Shown piece after piece: positions 48,801 to 61,176 of a stretch of 64,000 bases of DNA. The stretch spans positions 62,001 through 126,000 of the forward strand of contig JASANG010002067.1 in NCBI GenBank assembly GCA_030248215.1. Direction: 5' to 3'. The notes beneath the pieces are model-generated. The model ran no database searches, was not told the DNA's origin, and worked only from the letters and a program-made list of their open reading frames with translations. The position numbers and the translations under genes are program-made. Every line of letters starts with the position of its first letter. The stretch's first letter is position 1. The stretch comes from Enoplolaimus lenunculus. Taxonomy: Eukaryota.

Positions 48801-51800
48801 AAATCCGACTTTTCATAGGATTTTCCGGTTTGATCTTCTCCGAATCAATTTTTTAGCAGCCAGCTGAAGCGAGGGTGGGATCAAAGGCCATGAACTAAAA
48901 TTAGGAAGTTAAAATAATTGTGAATTTGTCAAATCAATGCGACATACGCTCTTTAAAGACAATATTTATACGCCAGTAAAATTCAGTCACACAAACAATT
49001 TATTCCGTCAGGCTTTAATGTGTAATATCATCAAAAATACAGACTTGAAAACATATGAAATGGTATCGTTTGTAATCGCTGTACATTGTCCTTCGTCTTT
49101 CACAAAAAATCTCTAACTCCAAGCTTAAGTGTTGAATTGTCTCAGTTTAAATCTGTATGTAGCTTTAGGTCTGTATTAAAAAAGGTTCCAAAGTGCAGCG
49201 CAATTCACAATAAGCGAATATTGTGTTCAATTCAAACAAAAATGTAAACGATTTCTGAAGCAGATAGTTCCCAATTACTAGAACCTCATATTCTGCATTT
49301 GTATATATTGATTGACTACAAGCACCAGTGTAAAAATACTAACAGTTTACTGCGTTAGCTTAACAGACCTATGAACCGAAGAATACAATACCGTGCAGAA
49401 TCCGTAAACCATTCATTGTGCATGCATTCAAATTAGTTTACCGCCAAGAGAACGCTAATTCTCAACGTCAACTTGAAGAGTTGTCTTATAACTTAGTATC
49501 TCTATAACTGTATCAACGTTCCTAATCGAGTAACAGAATCAAAATTTCACGTGTATGCATAAAGCAAAATGTGCATCAACTGTATATACAAACTAACCGT
49601 CATACGGCAAGAAATACGCGCCACAAACAACAAATTATACCAGTATAAATAGTACAAAACAAGTTCGTTTCTAGTGTATTACATTCTTTAATAAGCTTTG
49701 CTTATTTGTCATGATGAATTCTCGACGGTTTGTTGCTAAATCTAAAAACCTCATACGACCTGCTGTATTACCAATTTTATTAAGCAAAAGCAGCTAAACC
49801 GAGCTAAACGAAATATATAAACAAGTACCTACTTCGTTGAGAATATAAAATTTGAATACGAGCACATGAACGTTTCTGAAGCATGCAATACCGTGCAAAT
49901 ATAAGCCCCAGCTCCAGTGTATATATATCTATTCAGACTGTAGTGCAACAAAAATAAATTTGTAACTTATCAAAATTAAAATAGTCAGCACATCATTTTA
50001 GGTATAAGTTATAATAATAGTATTCACATGATTACAACTATAGCTACTATTTGACTCATGTCGCTGTAAATTTTCGGCTACACTATGAAGTTTGGATCAC
50101 ACAAACATAATATAGTATGCATATTCATGTTTACACAACAACAATCGTGGGCAGAAGAAATCTTGCAACTAACTGTTAAAATTTTAGTTCATATTACAAA
50201 TAGGGCAGTCCAGTTTACTAATGCATTGCCAAAACTAATAAATATCTTGAAATTTTACCGGAAGAAAAACCGGTATACATTGAGTACTTGATGTTCGAAC
50301 GTCAATCCATGTTTCAATGAATTCCGGTTTCGACATTAATTTTAAAGTCACATGCTTCTGCTTTGCTTAGCTGATACACCAAACGGCAAGAATATGAAGT
50401 TCATAAATTTTTTCAAACTCATGGTTTAGATTTGAAATGAGTTTCGGTAAAAGCGCAATGGGTTAGGATTTCAAATCGGTCACTCATTGGATAGGTTCAC
50501 CATGACGGCCATATTACTCGAATTACCCGATTGGTTTCAGCGGGGTGGAATGCCATAAGCTAACTGATTTAGCTAATTATAGGTTAGTTCTAATTTGGTT
50601 AAAAATTCAATACATAGGTTAAACCATAAAGCCTGATACATTCAATTTTTCGAAACGCTTTTACCACCAAGCTTCGTACAAATCCAGTAGCAAAACGTCG
50701 TCTAAACGAAATATTTAGACTCGGGTAGCTCATTCAATTTTACAGAAACAAGCGTATGCGAGATGTTTTTAACAGTTAAGGAAGTTAGATGTATGAACAG
50801 GTTGCAAAAAGCATTGCATTAAAGTATTCCAGTGATTATACAAATATAAAATAAGTTACATGACAACAAATCCAACGGAACATGCCTGAGATAACTGAAA
50901 CAAACTGTCAAAACATTATAAATACAGCAAATATATGCATCGACGGATGAATTAAAACCTTCATTTGTGTCACAATGCCAGACAAAGCCGGATGCTATGC
51001 ACTTATTGAAAAACAAACTAGTCTATAATTAGTTTTATAATCTCTCAACATATATTCGTATGTATTTTAACGAATTTGATGCGAAACTTGCTAAAAATTG
51101 CAGAAACGAATATGTTCTGACTTATAAACAGAATCGTTTACTCGAATAACTGGATACTTTTACAAAAGTTGGTTCTACATGAGTATATAATGAGCCCATA
51201 TAAGGATTCTGGACAAAACCACAACTTTGGTTCCATTCTAATAAGATAGTTTATTTCGTGAAATGCTTTAAACACGAACAGAATATTTAAGGTCATACAA
51301 AGTAAACCGTAGACTCATTTGATATAAAGCAAAATTGTGTTAAGTCAAGTCGCATTTATATATAAATTGTAATTTGCTTCCAAAACTATAAAAACATAAA
51401 TTTAGCCAATTAAAAATTTATAACAGAAATAGAACTCAAATTCCTCCTCTCCGATTGTTGCCGCAATTTCGACTCCACATTATATCTTCGTTATCTGATG
51501 CTTTCATCTGTACGTATTTCAACTAAAGCAGTCGGGTTGCGTTTACGTCCGACACACATACGTATATATACATTGAATGTTATATACGACGTGGGCGTCC
51601 TCAGGTGAGCAAACACAGCGCAACCCTTAGGGAATCAATAATTTGTGGTAAATAATAAACAACCAAATCCAACTTTGCGATATTCATAAGCCAATCTTTC
51701 ATATGCACTCCTACCATAAAATATATAAAACACTTGAAAAACGTAGCATGGAAATATTATAACATTTGAGAAACATACAAATTTACTTTTAATGCTGTCT

Positions 51801-52090
51801 ATGGAACACGTACGTAATTAATAGAAATGTGCCGATTGATCGGCAACCGTATTTTCATGAGTTTGGAATCGGTATAGAATCGGCAAATTTGCAAAATACG
51901 AATCGACATCGACATCTATAATATTTTGATATCGGCAGATTTCTAGTAGTTAATTATGGAATATTACACTACGACCAAATTTCGACAGATTAGAACGATT
52001 TTTTACGATTGCACCAAAAACAAATTAATGAGCCAACATGCACAATACAGAATGCCTAGACGAAACGTGTAGAAAATATTATTATCATTT

Positions 52091-52453
52091 CTATTCATAC
52101 TTCTTCCCTCCGGCTAAGATCCCTGCTGCACTTCCACCATTCTGAATTTCGTTCTCGCCGACCGATCTGCGCACGCGAGACCTAAGCATGTAAGGACTGC
52201 CGGTACTTTCATTACCAGTACTCGTAGGGCTAATTCCGTTCGCTTCCGCAGTTTGAGCAACGCTGCCCGGAGTTTTCCGATCGTCATCTATAGCAGCAGC
52301 AGGTGGCGGTGCTTTAAGTGGGCACGTCGGATACAGCCACCCGTCAACTTTAGCTTTCCACTGTTGCGGTATAAACCGTTCTACAAGTGGATGCAAAATC
52401 TTCATGTAAATCCACAAAGCAACAGGAATGATAATGCAGGGTACGCACACCAT
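52091..52453 (-). CDS. UPF0729 / C18orf32-like small protein (120 aa), single coding exon
   Basis: The N-terminus MVCVPCIIIPVALWIYMK matches the MVCxPCxxxPxxLWIY hallmark of UPF0729, followed by LYPTCP. A-rich start context (AAAATAATG). Confidence 0.85.
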   Translation of the reverse strand: MVCVPCIIIPVALWIYMKILHPLVERFIPQQWKAKVDGWLYPTCPLKAPPPAAAIDDDRKTPGSVAQTAEANGISPTSTGNESTGSPYMLRSRVRRSVGENEIQNGGSAAGILAGGKKYE

Positions 52454-53325
52454 TATTTTTGTTTGTAAAGACTAAATATATGCGAATAGTAAATATTTTC
52501 TTATATTAAACTAAAGACGTTATACCTATAAAAAAACTACGAATGCCTCACAGATTGCGCAAATTGGCCAATTTGTTACTAACTGAAGCACAGTATTCTA
52601 CTCGTACTCAACACAAATTGCAAGCACACGAACCATTCATTAAATTAACATTTCTATTAACCCTACATAACTCAAACCAAATCACTGCAGTAGCTAAGTA
52701 ATTCAAAATATAGACCCTGTGTTAAAATCGATAAAGTTGTAGTAAACTGTGGTATACTAAAATAAAAATATGATACTCGTTTTTCAAAGGTTCTCTTAAT
52801 GAGAAAGGTGTGCTTAGCCTTTGCAAGCGTTTCTGCTAACTTTACATATATAATCTTGTCATATTTAACGAAACCGTTCTGTTGAATTTCTCACTTGTAC
52901 TTAATTGCTGTAGATGAACTCCAATTTTATGGTTTACGCAAGAATGTCCCCCCGTCCTGCTAGGGTCGTTTAAAATTGCGGGGGGTTCAGGGGGCGAGAA
53001 CGTAATTTAAAAAGGAGTCTATGTTGACGATGGAAGGTTTTATTTCGGGAAGTTGTTTTTATTGCGTTCCCAAAGGTGTTGTGATCCTCCAAACCCCCCA
53101 CACACCAGGCAATTTATATAGTGCGCTGTCAGGATTTGGTTTCCGCAGGGTAACCTAATATTTCAACGGAGAAAACAACATAATATAATTTATATTATAT
53201 GAGCAATGTAAAATAAAATTACGGTAAACAAAACGCGTGTTAAATTAGTACACAGGGACAATTTCACCCGATCCGTAAAGTGACGGGTTACCAAAATTTT
53301 ATTTTCCAATCCTAAATATGCAGAG

Positions 53326-53560
53326 CGAAAAACGCTGCGCCCAAAATTCCAGTTTCCCGGCTTATATCCTACCATCTCAGAGTCCCAATTTCCCAAATTC
53401 CGGGGCGAAAAACGCTACGCCCAAAATCCCAATTTCCCGGGTAATATCCCATTTCCCAAAATCCCCATTTCCCGGGTAATATCCCATTTCCCAAAATCCC
53501 AATTATCCGGGTAATATCCTGTTTCTCAAAATCACGTAATACCCGCTTATTTTGGGAATG
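53326..53560. repeat. Degenerate tandem repeat (CCCAAAATCCCAATTTCCCGGGTAATATCCCATTTC, ~35 bp)
   Basis: Several adjacent copies are visible at 53420-53530. Confidence 0.75.
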
Positions 53561-54817
53561 ACCTTTGTCGCTATTGCCAAGGCATGGTTGACAGAGAAAA
53601 GTTTAGGGTAGGGTTAACCCTTGATAAGTTTAAAGTTTATCAGGCGTAACCCTATTTTACGACACATTATGTGGCTAGGGTAAATTTTATATTGGGATCG
53701 GTGAACTATTGAACTGCACTTTGATATTGTGATATACGATACGTTTCGAATTTTAACCTAAATTGTTTAATACGTCTAACAACAGAGCCGTTAGAATTCT
53801 AATATATTGTACATGACTCGCCATCAGGGCCAAACAGGTACACGGGAAGGACTCAAGAAACCATTTTTCGTGCAGTGTACACAGCAGTCAAGCTAATAAA
53901 GGGTCCGGTAATCCGCCGGCAACGGAAACAGCCTATATGAGCCGTGATACAAGTGTAGCACGGCTTTGCGTTGTTCCGAGATATGAACGCACGCTGCTGC
54001 GATGTGTCTAGTGTGCGACAAGCGCCAAACGAAGTGAGGTGAGTGCGTGCACGAGAGCATCGCTTTCTTGCTGTGGAAGTGAATAAAGAACGAGTGCACG
54101 CACAAGTGTAAAACGAGTGCGATAGCACGAGTTCGGCGCGAGTGCGATGCACGAGTTCTTGAGTCACGTACACAGCATTACAGCAATGTCCGAGTGCATC
54201 GCACGCTTGAAGCAAGCTTAGCAGTATGCGTTTATGTATCGAAAGGATAATAGGTAAGCCGTGCTACAATTGGCTCGTATCACGGTACAAGAACGACCAA
54301 TCTTTGGTTTCTTGAATAAGCTGACTAACCAGCATGGTCCCGCAGCAGGGGAAACGGGGATGTTCAGATCTCCTAGAAAATTTTCGTCACCCCTAGAAAA
54401 ATTTAACACCATGTAACACCAGTGAACTCCCAACACGCCGCTTGTAAAATGGCTTTATGAGGACCACACTATTGCATACCGAGCCTGTGGATCAAATCAA
54501 GTTTTTCATCCTTCAGCTAAGGGAAAAGTTTAATCATTACCTTAAAGGGAAATATCGCTTGATACTACTCGAGAAAATTAGTATTTTTTGGAGTTTTTTT
54601 ATACCGATCTGTGCCCACATGTATGCTTCATACCCATTTCCTTCCTGCAAAGAAATTTATATTTCAGCTTGATCCCATTGCAAGCATGACTCTTTGAGTA
54701 CCAGAAATCAGCAAAGGGTTAAAAAACTTGAGTTTATTCCCTTAGGGAAAACATTACTGGATGTATTGAGTGATTTTACTTCATCTGAGCTGGCTACGGG
54801 CCTGAACTAGCAGTAAC

Positions 54818-55673
54818 CAGGGATACAACGGAATTCTGATTCCGGCTAAAAGTCCGATAAAATTTGGGTTCTGATTCTGATTCCGACCGGCTTCTATTTT
54901 AATACCGGAATTCCTGTTTTTCGGTGATCAGTTTTATGCTAGTTGAGCGTTAATTTTGCCTGTTTTCCATTTGTTTGCGAATCTGTTTGTTTTTGTTAGC
55001 AAATTTTTAGGGCAGTTACTGCAAATGCTGCATTTGATATAAATTGAATTGACGGTGTCTCAGGTACCAAACTGCACCGTTGGCATTTGCTACACTAAAT
55101 TTTTAAATTTCATTTGGCGCATGCTGCAATAAAATGTTCTCAATTGACGGTTGCTGTGATTTTATTATTTCATGTATAGGCGTTTATATTGAAAAAGCTT
55201 TACATTCACTGATGCATGCGTAGGTAACCTTCTCTTATCCTTACTGCAGTTAAAACGACATTCCAGTGAATTGATTAACTTTCAAAAATCTGGGTCCTGT
55301 TATTTATGAGTTCATAACACTTCAGATTTTTAGATTTGGAATGCTCTAAATGATTAACTGCATTTAAACTTAAAGGCCAAGTTGGTCCTGTGCTTTGAGA
55401 ATTAAAAGCTTGCTCTTAGAATTGGCAGACCACCATTAATATTACAATTTTACAGATTAGCAGATCGCTAATAGAGTCAGCTATACAAGTAATTGTTACT
55501 GAAATTGTCAACAATGCAGACAAGCATACAGCAACAAAAAGTCAAAAGTCATCCACTTTATTTTTTGATAGAATTACTAAAACTTAAATTCCGATGCCGA
55601 TTCCGGTTCCGACAAAATTTGGTTCCGATTTCAATTCCTCTTCCGACAAAAATTAGTTACGATTGGAACCCTG
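54818..55673. mobile_element. Diverged hAT-like non-autonomous element
   Basis: CAGGGATACAACGG start and GATTGGAACCCTG end, with GATTCC subterminal repeats. TSD not preserved. Confidence 0.5.
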
Positions 55674-58583
55674 CTGAATAGGCATATATAGTGCGATGAA
55701 ATGTTTAAGAGAACTCACCTCGTTTTTACGGGATAAGACCTAAGGGAGTCAATAGTATGCGAAATTCTAACTAAAACGTATATTTTATATTTTAAGTCCA
55801 AAGGAAATCTAAGAGATTCGAACAATAATGAGTTGGTGACATATATACAGTATTGCTTAGAATGTGTTGGAATTGCGGGCAGTCAAGGGGGCTGCAAACC
55901 CTAACTAAATAGTAAAAAATTGCTCCTATTTCACCACGTATACTCTACCGTTCTATTTCAGAACGTTCTTTGTATTATACTTAAACTGGACACAGAAAAT
56001 GAATTGGAAAGTTCGCGTGCACAAGATACAATGTTTATAAAATATATTTTTCAAACCTATAGTGAATTTTCTGGTCAGTGGAACAACGATGCTTACAGAC
56101 AAATTGACCCACCTTGCTAGTTTGAAAACTTGGCACTTTCGTAGCAATTCAGGTCAACCACACAGTTGCTCACGCCTATTTGGTCTCTGGTTCACTTTGC
56201 TCATGAGGTTTTTTCTGCCATTATATATATATTGCGCGCAGCGTTGCAGGTGCTTCCATACAGTTTTTGTTCCTCGAACACCCTAGACGCGGCAGCATAC
56301 TTCTGCCCAGATAGTGATTCGAAGAGCGAGCACCAAAAATTTTAGTTTTAGATCACCTGCGTCAATATTGCCGCTGAATCGTTTCCTGTTTCGGTATACC
56401 GGATATATTGCATGCAACACAGGATTAATTAACGTGAAATTTTCCGTTCCACGCCAGAGAAATATTTTCCGTAGAATTAGTGCACAATATTTCGCTCCAG
56501 GACAACCTTTATTTTGGAAAACTCATGCCTCAACAATCTAGTCGAAAACAAGCATGTTGACAACGCCTCAGTGGCGCAACTATGGCGGAGGTTGACGCAC
56601 GTTGCTACGGACATCTTCAGAAACAACAGCTCAAAAATTCATCCATGAAATTAAAAAAATTTATGTTATTACAGTTTTTCTTGCCCCGCGATAATTTTCT
56701 GGTCAATAGCAATTTCTGGTTGCTGTCCTGGTATGTTTCATAATCTTTATTTTATGATGTTCGTTTTTATATATCATTGATTTTCAAAAAACCATTTTGC
56801 TTTGAAGCAGCAAAAATAGCTATGTAATCGAAGATAATGGAGCTTTTACTGAGAGTCAGTGACAAATTAGCGCATAATTATTTCCTTTCACATTTCAAAT
56901 TGTTATGTCGCAGTGAAATTGGCTGTTTTGCTTCTGAATAATTTTACGGATTGTCCCGCTGAGCAGCAATGTAGTTATTCAACACTTCTCGAGGAACCCT
57001 AATAGTGAAATAGTGTTAGAAACACTGTGTAGGTGGAATATATGAGCACTTTGGGTTTTGGTTCTCATGCAGATCCGCTACTGTATTTACTTAATGTTTT
57101 GTAACAATTGTTCCCACGCATACTGCTGCTAAATGTATAAATACTCTTCAAAAATACGGACGTTTATTGACAGTAGTAGTTTTCGGATTTATACGACAAA
57201 TATGGAATGGTACAGACGGATCCAGGATCTTTTTGAGGGAAGTGACTTTTTGACAAAATGCAGCCACGGATTTGAACGTTCCAAGTCCGTTTGTCTTCAA
57301 ATCTAAACATCAGCAGATTTCTGCGCTATTCACCCTTGCTCGAACTATAGGGAGGGATCGAGCATTGTGGCATGCTATTTTAAGACTCGATTTATCTCCA
57401 GGATCCAAAAATTCACCACTCCTATTGGAATGGTCATTTAAAGAGAGTGCGCTCGCAGCTTAAGCTTCAGAGCGGGGTCGGCCAGTCTCGGATATATAAG
57501 AAATGCCGCAAATTCTGTGTAGCATTTATCACTTGTTGGTGATAAGTTACAAATTCAGCGAATTTTTCGCATTGGATTTGTCCTATTAGGTCTATTTTTG
57601 AAAACCTATCGCTAACTGGTGATACGCGCTTTATGTGCATTTGAGGATGTAAGAAATTGCTCCAGCTCAATGTTATTCATATCTTCACTACAGTTCAACA
57701 TAGCATTTAACATGTGAACCTCCTAGTTTAGTTAACACTGTAGATAACTGATATGGCTGGGTACTACAACTTTTTGTTAATACGTTTTAGTATTTAATTT
57801 TCTAACGTGATTCTGTATATATAACTTGCGGCACACTTTTTAATAAGCTGATCGCAGTAAACAAAAAGAGTGCAAAGCCTAAAAATGCACCAAAATCTCA
57901 TGTGTATATTTCTGTATGCTAAAATTTTTGGTAAACTACACTCTCGTTATTGAGTTGTTAAGACATTAGCAGGGATTTTGATAATAAAATTTTGATTCCG
58001 AAACTTAAACAAGTGTCTATTTAATTCAGACGTATTTGTCTTATATTTCAGGCATATTTGTGTTAATCGTGTATGAAACGCACTCTTAAATTCAAGACAT
58101 TTAAGTGTTAAAGATTTCAGACACAAATTTCTGAAAAATTTCAGAAACTAATGTCTTGCACTCCAGACATACTTATACGTCTGGAGTCTAAATTAAGACA
58201 TAATTGTCTTGAATTTAAGAAAATATTTCTTGAATATCAGAAAACGTTTTTTGCGTGTACAGAACATCCTGGCATACGCATCTCACAGTCCGTTGTCAGT
58301 CACATGAAATAGTGGCTCGCTGCAGAAGCATGTCAGGAACATCGTTCGTCTGCGTAAACAATACATGTCATTAAGGAATAATGCAATTATTTCAAGCACA
58401 TTTTTCGAAATATGTTTCCACATGATACATTCGATGTCAATGACCAATCTAAGGGGACCCACACAGGTCTTGCCCGCTCCCCCAACAGGAATCGAAATTC
58501 ACATTTTATATTAGGATCACACGTTTGGCTTCTCGATCCTCGCTGCGTTCGTTTCACAAGCGATCATTCTTCACCATTCTGCA

Positions 58584-58764
58584 CCGTTCACAATGAAATG
58601 TCACGAGGTCGCACGCAAAATGTCATAACGTAGGTTAACACTCGAAAATTTTTTAACTTTTCAAGTGTTTGTTAACATGAGAGGTTATCGAAAATTTTTT
58701 CGAGTGTTAACCTATATGGTCATGATATTTTCTGCAGGACCGCGTGACATTTTATTGTGAATGG
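58584..58764. mobile_element. ~180-bp palindromic MITE / hairpin
   Basis: CCGTTCACAATGAAATGTCACG...TAGGTTAACACTCGAAAA mirrors TTTTCGAGTGTTAACCTA...CGTGACATTTTATTGTGAATGG. Confidence 0.75.
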
Positions 58765-59373
58765 GCATTATATGTTGCGCTGTCGCTTCCATTAAAGATT
58801 TCTGTAACCGCCACTCTGTTCGACGTCCAATATTTTCCATATTTTCCAATAAAAGAAAGCGATCCCGAAATACTTGGATACTTACACAATGCGCACATGA
58901 AAAATACGTGCTCTCATTGCTTAAGCAATAGCGTTTAGTACTTCAAGATCCGTCTACAATTTTTACCGCACTGTCATTGCAAAAAGCAAAAATTATCGAT
59001 GGGCAAAATAAACTTGAGTGGGTGCGATCGCTTTTGTAAGAAATCTATCGAATTTGACAAAAAACATGGAACTGCACCAATTATTAAATCATTTTCTTTG
59101 GCATCGCCAAGCCGTCAAAATAGGTATCTCGCGCATCATCATTATCGTTTATTTATAAAAACGCGGGGTTTTTCGCGAAGTTCCCTAGCGAAATTTAATC
59201 GAAAGAGTTTTTTTAGAAAAAATATTGACGTTAAATGGATGGTATTCTATTTTCTCTTATACTTCGGAATAAAAGCTAATTTTTTTAGCATTGGTTGCTT
59301 ATGTCAATTTTTGTCTGAATTCCGTCTGGAAACGCAGTCATCGAGCCATATACAGACAGTTGATGATCGTTTA

Positions 59374-59433
59374 ACCGGTGGTGTACCCTGATGACCGGTG
59401 GTGCACCCTGATGACCGGTAGTGTACCTTGATT
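59374..59433. repeat. 20-bp tandem repeat x3
   Basis: ACCGGT(G/A)GTG(T/C)ACC(C/T)TGAT(G/T) occurs three times. Confidence 0.8.
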
Positions 59434-60331
59434 TTTAGACTGATAGAGGGGGGTGCGAAACCAAAGAACGACTAAAATGTAGGCCGTTGTGGTGATAGAA
59501 TTAATGTGTTAACAATTACATTTTTGAACAAGATATTAATTCAGGGGCGTGATCTGCTGACCTTTTTGTCGGCACACTCCGTATATATAAATGATATTTA
59601 GTAACCTTTATTTATTGATTCGTTTTATCGATTGTCCCTTTAAAATGCGCATTTTGCTTTGAGCCGTATTATTTTTAGTCTGCTGAAATACTGTCGCTAA
59701 TTGGTCTGAATAAAAGACGGACGTGGTTTGTTTTCAAGCGTCAATGGATTCTGCTTTGTATATAAGCGCTCGATTCGAAACGAAAGTAATGCGATGTTTT
59801 GAACTTAGTGAATTGTAACCGGCATAAATTGTGCGGAACCAATTCACGCCAAATTTGCTTGTCTATATATCAACATGCCATACTGCATCATTTGACGCAG
59901 GTTTGAATCTAAACGTGTTAATTATTATATCTGTTAGAAAAAAGAAATTATATTGAAAAGCGAAAGGTTTTGGTACGGAACGCTCCACTGTGTCAAACGT
60001 CCGGCGTCGACTTTGTTCCGCAGAGTACAAGAAATAATGCCTAAAAATTATGATATTTATATATCTAGTGTCAAACTTTCTTCATATATGTGTTGAATTT
60101 CAGACTTTTAATTATGAAAAGTTTTTAAAAACTTCCGTCTTAGCTTTTTGTCATATGAAAACTGCAATAAGGCTTTATATCGCAAACTTTTGAGCCAAGC
60201 AGGTAAGGTTGACCGTAAACTTATGCCAGAAACTGGTACCACTCATATAAAGCCCGATGCCTGAAACTTAAGTATAAACGAGGTGTTCTACTTTGTTTAA
60301 TATAGTTTTTAAAAGAAATTAATTTCAAGTA

Positions 60332-60743
60332 CTGTAGTGACCCGAACAAGAGGGGGTAATGAGAGCGAGGGTCCACATTTTGAGTCCAAATCAATAGGAG
60401 TCCGTATCCCTAATAAGAGTCCTTAAGCAGATAGAGTCCGTAAACCCTAATTAGAGTACATAAATGTCAAATATCCCTATTTGAATCGCATTAATGACTA
60501 GCGGACCAAGTAATCTTGAGTTCGAAATTTTAAAGTGCACGTAAGTATTGAAAGCAACATTCCAAAGTATAACGTTGCATTATCGCTCAAGCTTTTGATG
60601 CAAGGCAAAAAACGTTTACTTCAACAGATACTTGCAATACCGGATATATATCAGTAAGGAAGGGTGGCGGAGGGCTGGTTGAAAGTAAATAACAGTCCGT
60701 AACCGAATAACAAGGGGGAGGCAAAATAATCCGGTCACTACAG
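60332..60743. mobile_element. TA-flanked MITE (7449 family), inverted orientation
   Basis: TA-CTGTAGTGACCCGAACAAGAGGGGG ... CCGGTCACTACAG-TA; the interior is the reverse complement of 7449-7893. Confidence 0.85.
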
Positions 60744-60975
60744 TAGCTTCAACTGTTTGGTCGTGCTTTTTAGTTTGTTTTTACAAAGTACTTAATGCTG
60801 ATTTCAATTTCATTTGCACTCTAGATATTATTTACAATTTGTTTTCATTCAAATTTCCCACACAATTTAACCAATTCCATAATAGTATAAAGAATGCTCA
60901 CAATTTATAATGATAGAGACAGGGCGCAGACCAAGGAAAACGTCTGTCTGGATGCCTACTTAATATGACACTCAC

Positions 60976-61176
60976 ATTTCGACTATGACGGTTGACGCGC
61001 GAAAATTTTGAGTTTTGTTTTGTTGGTCAGTACTGGTTTTATTGCCACCCACTTTTGGTACAAATTTCACGGGTTTTTTTGTTTGACGCTTTCCAAGAGG
61101 AAAGGAGCGGAAGGTAAAGCTCCTCGGATCATACTCTGCATCATGGACAGTAGGCCACATTTTGTTCTTACCAAAT
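60976..61176 (-). CDS. Candidate internal coding exon of an unidentified gene
   Basis: 201-nt open symmetric phase-2 exon (FGKNKMWPTVHDAEYDPRSFTFRSFPLGKR..) bounded by TTTCATTTACAACAG and GTGAGT. No family was recognised. Confidence 0.35.

Noticed and set aside
44000..52000. Numerous 60-100-aa ORFs
   Set aside because: No recognisable domains, AT-rich composition, and several overlap MITEs.
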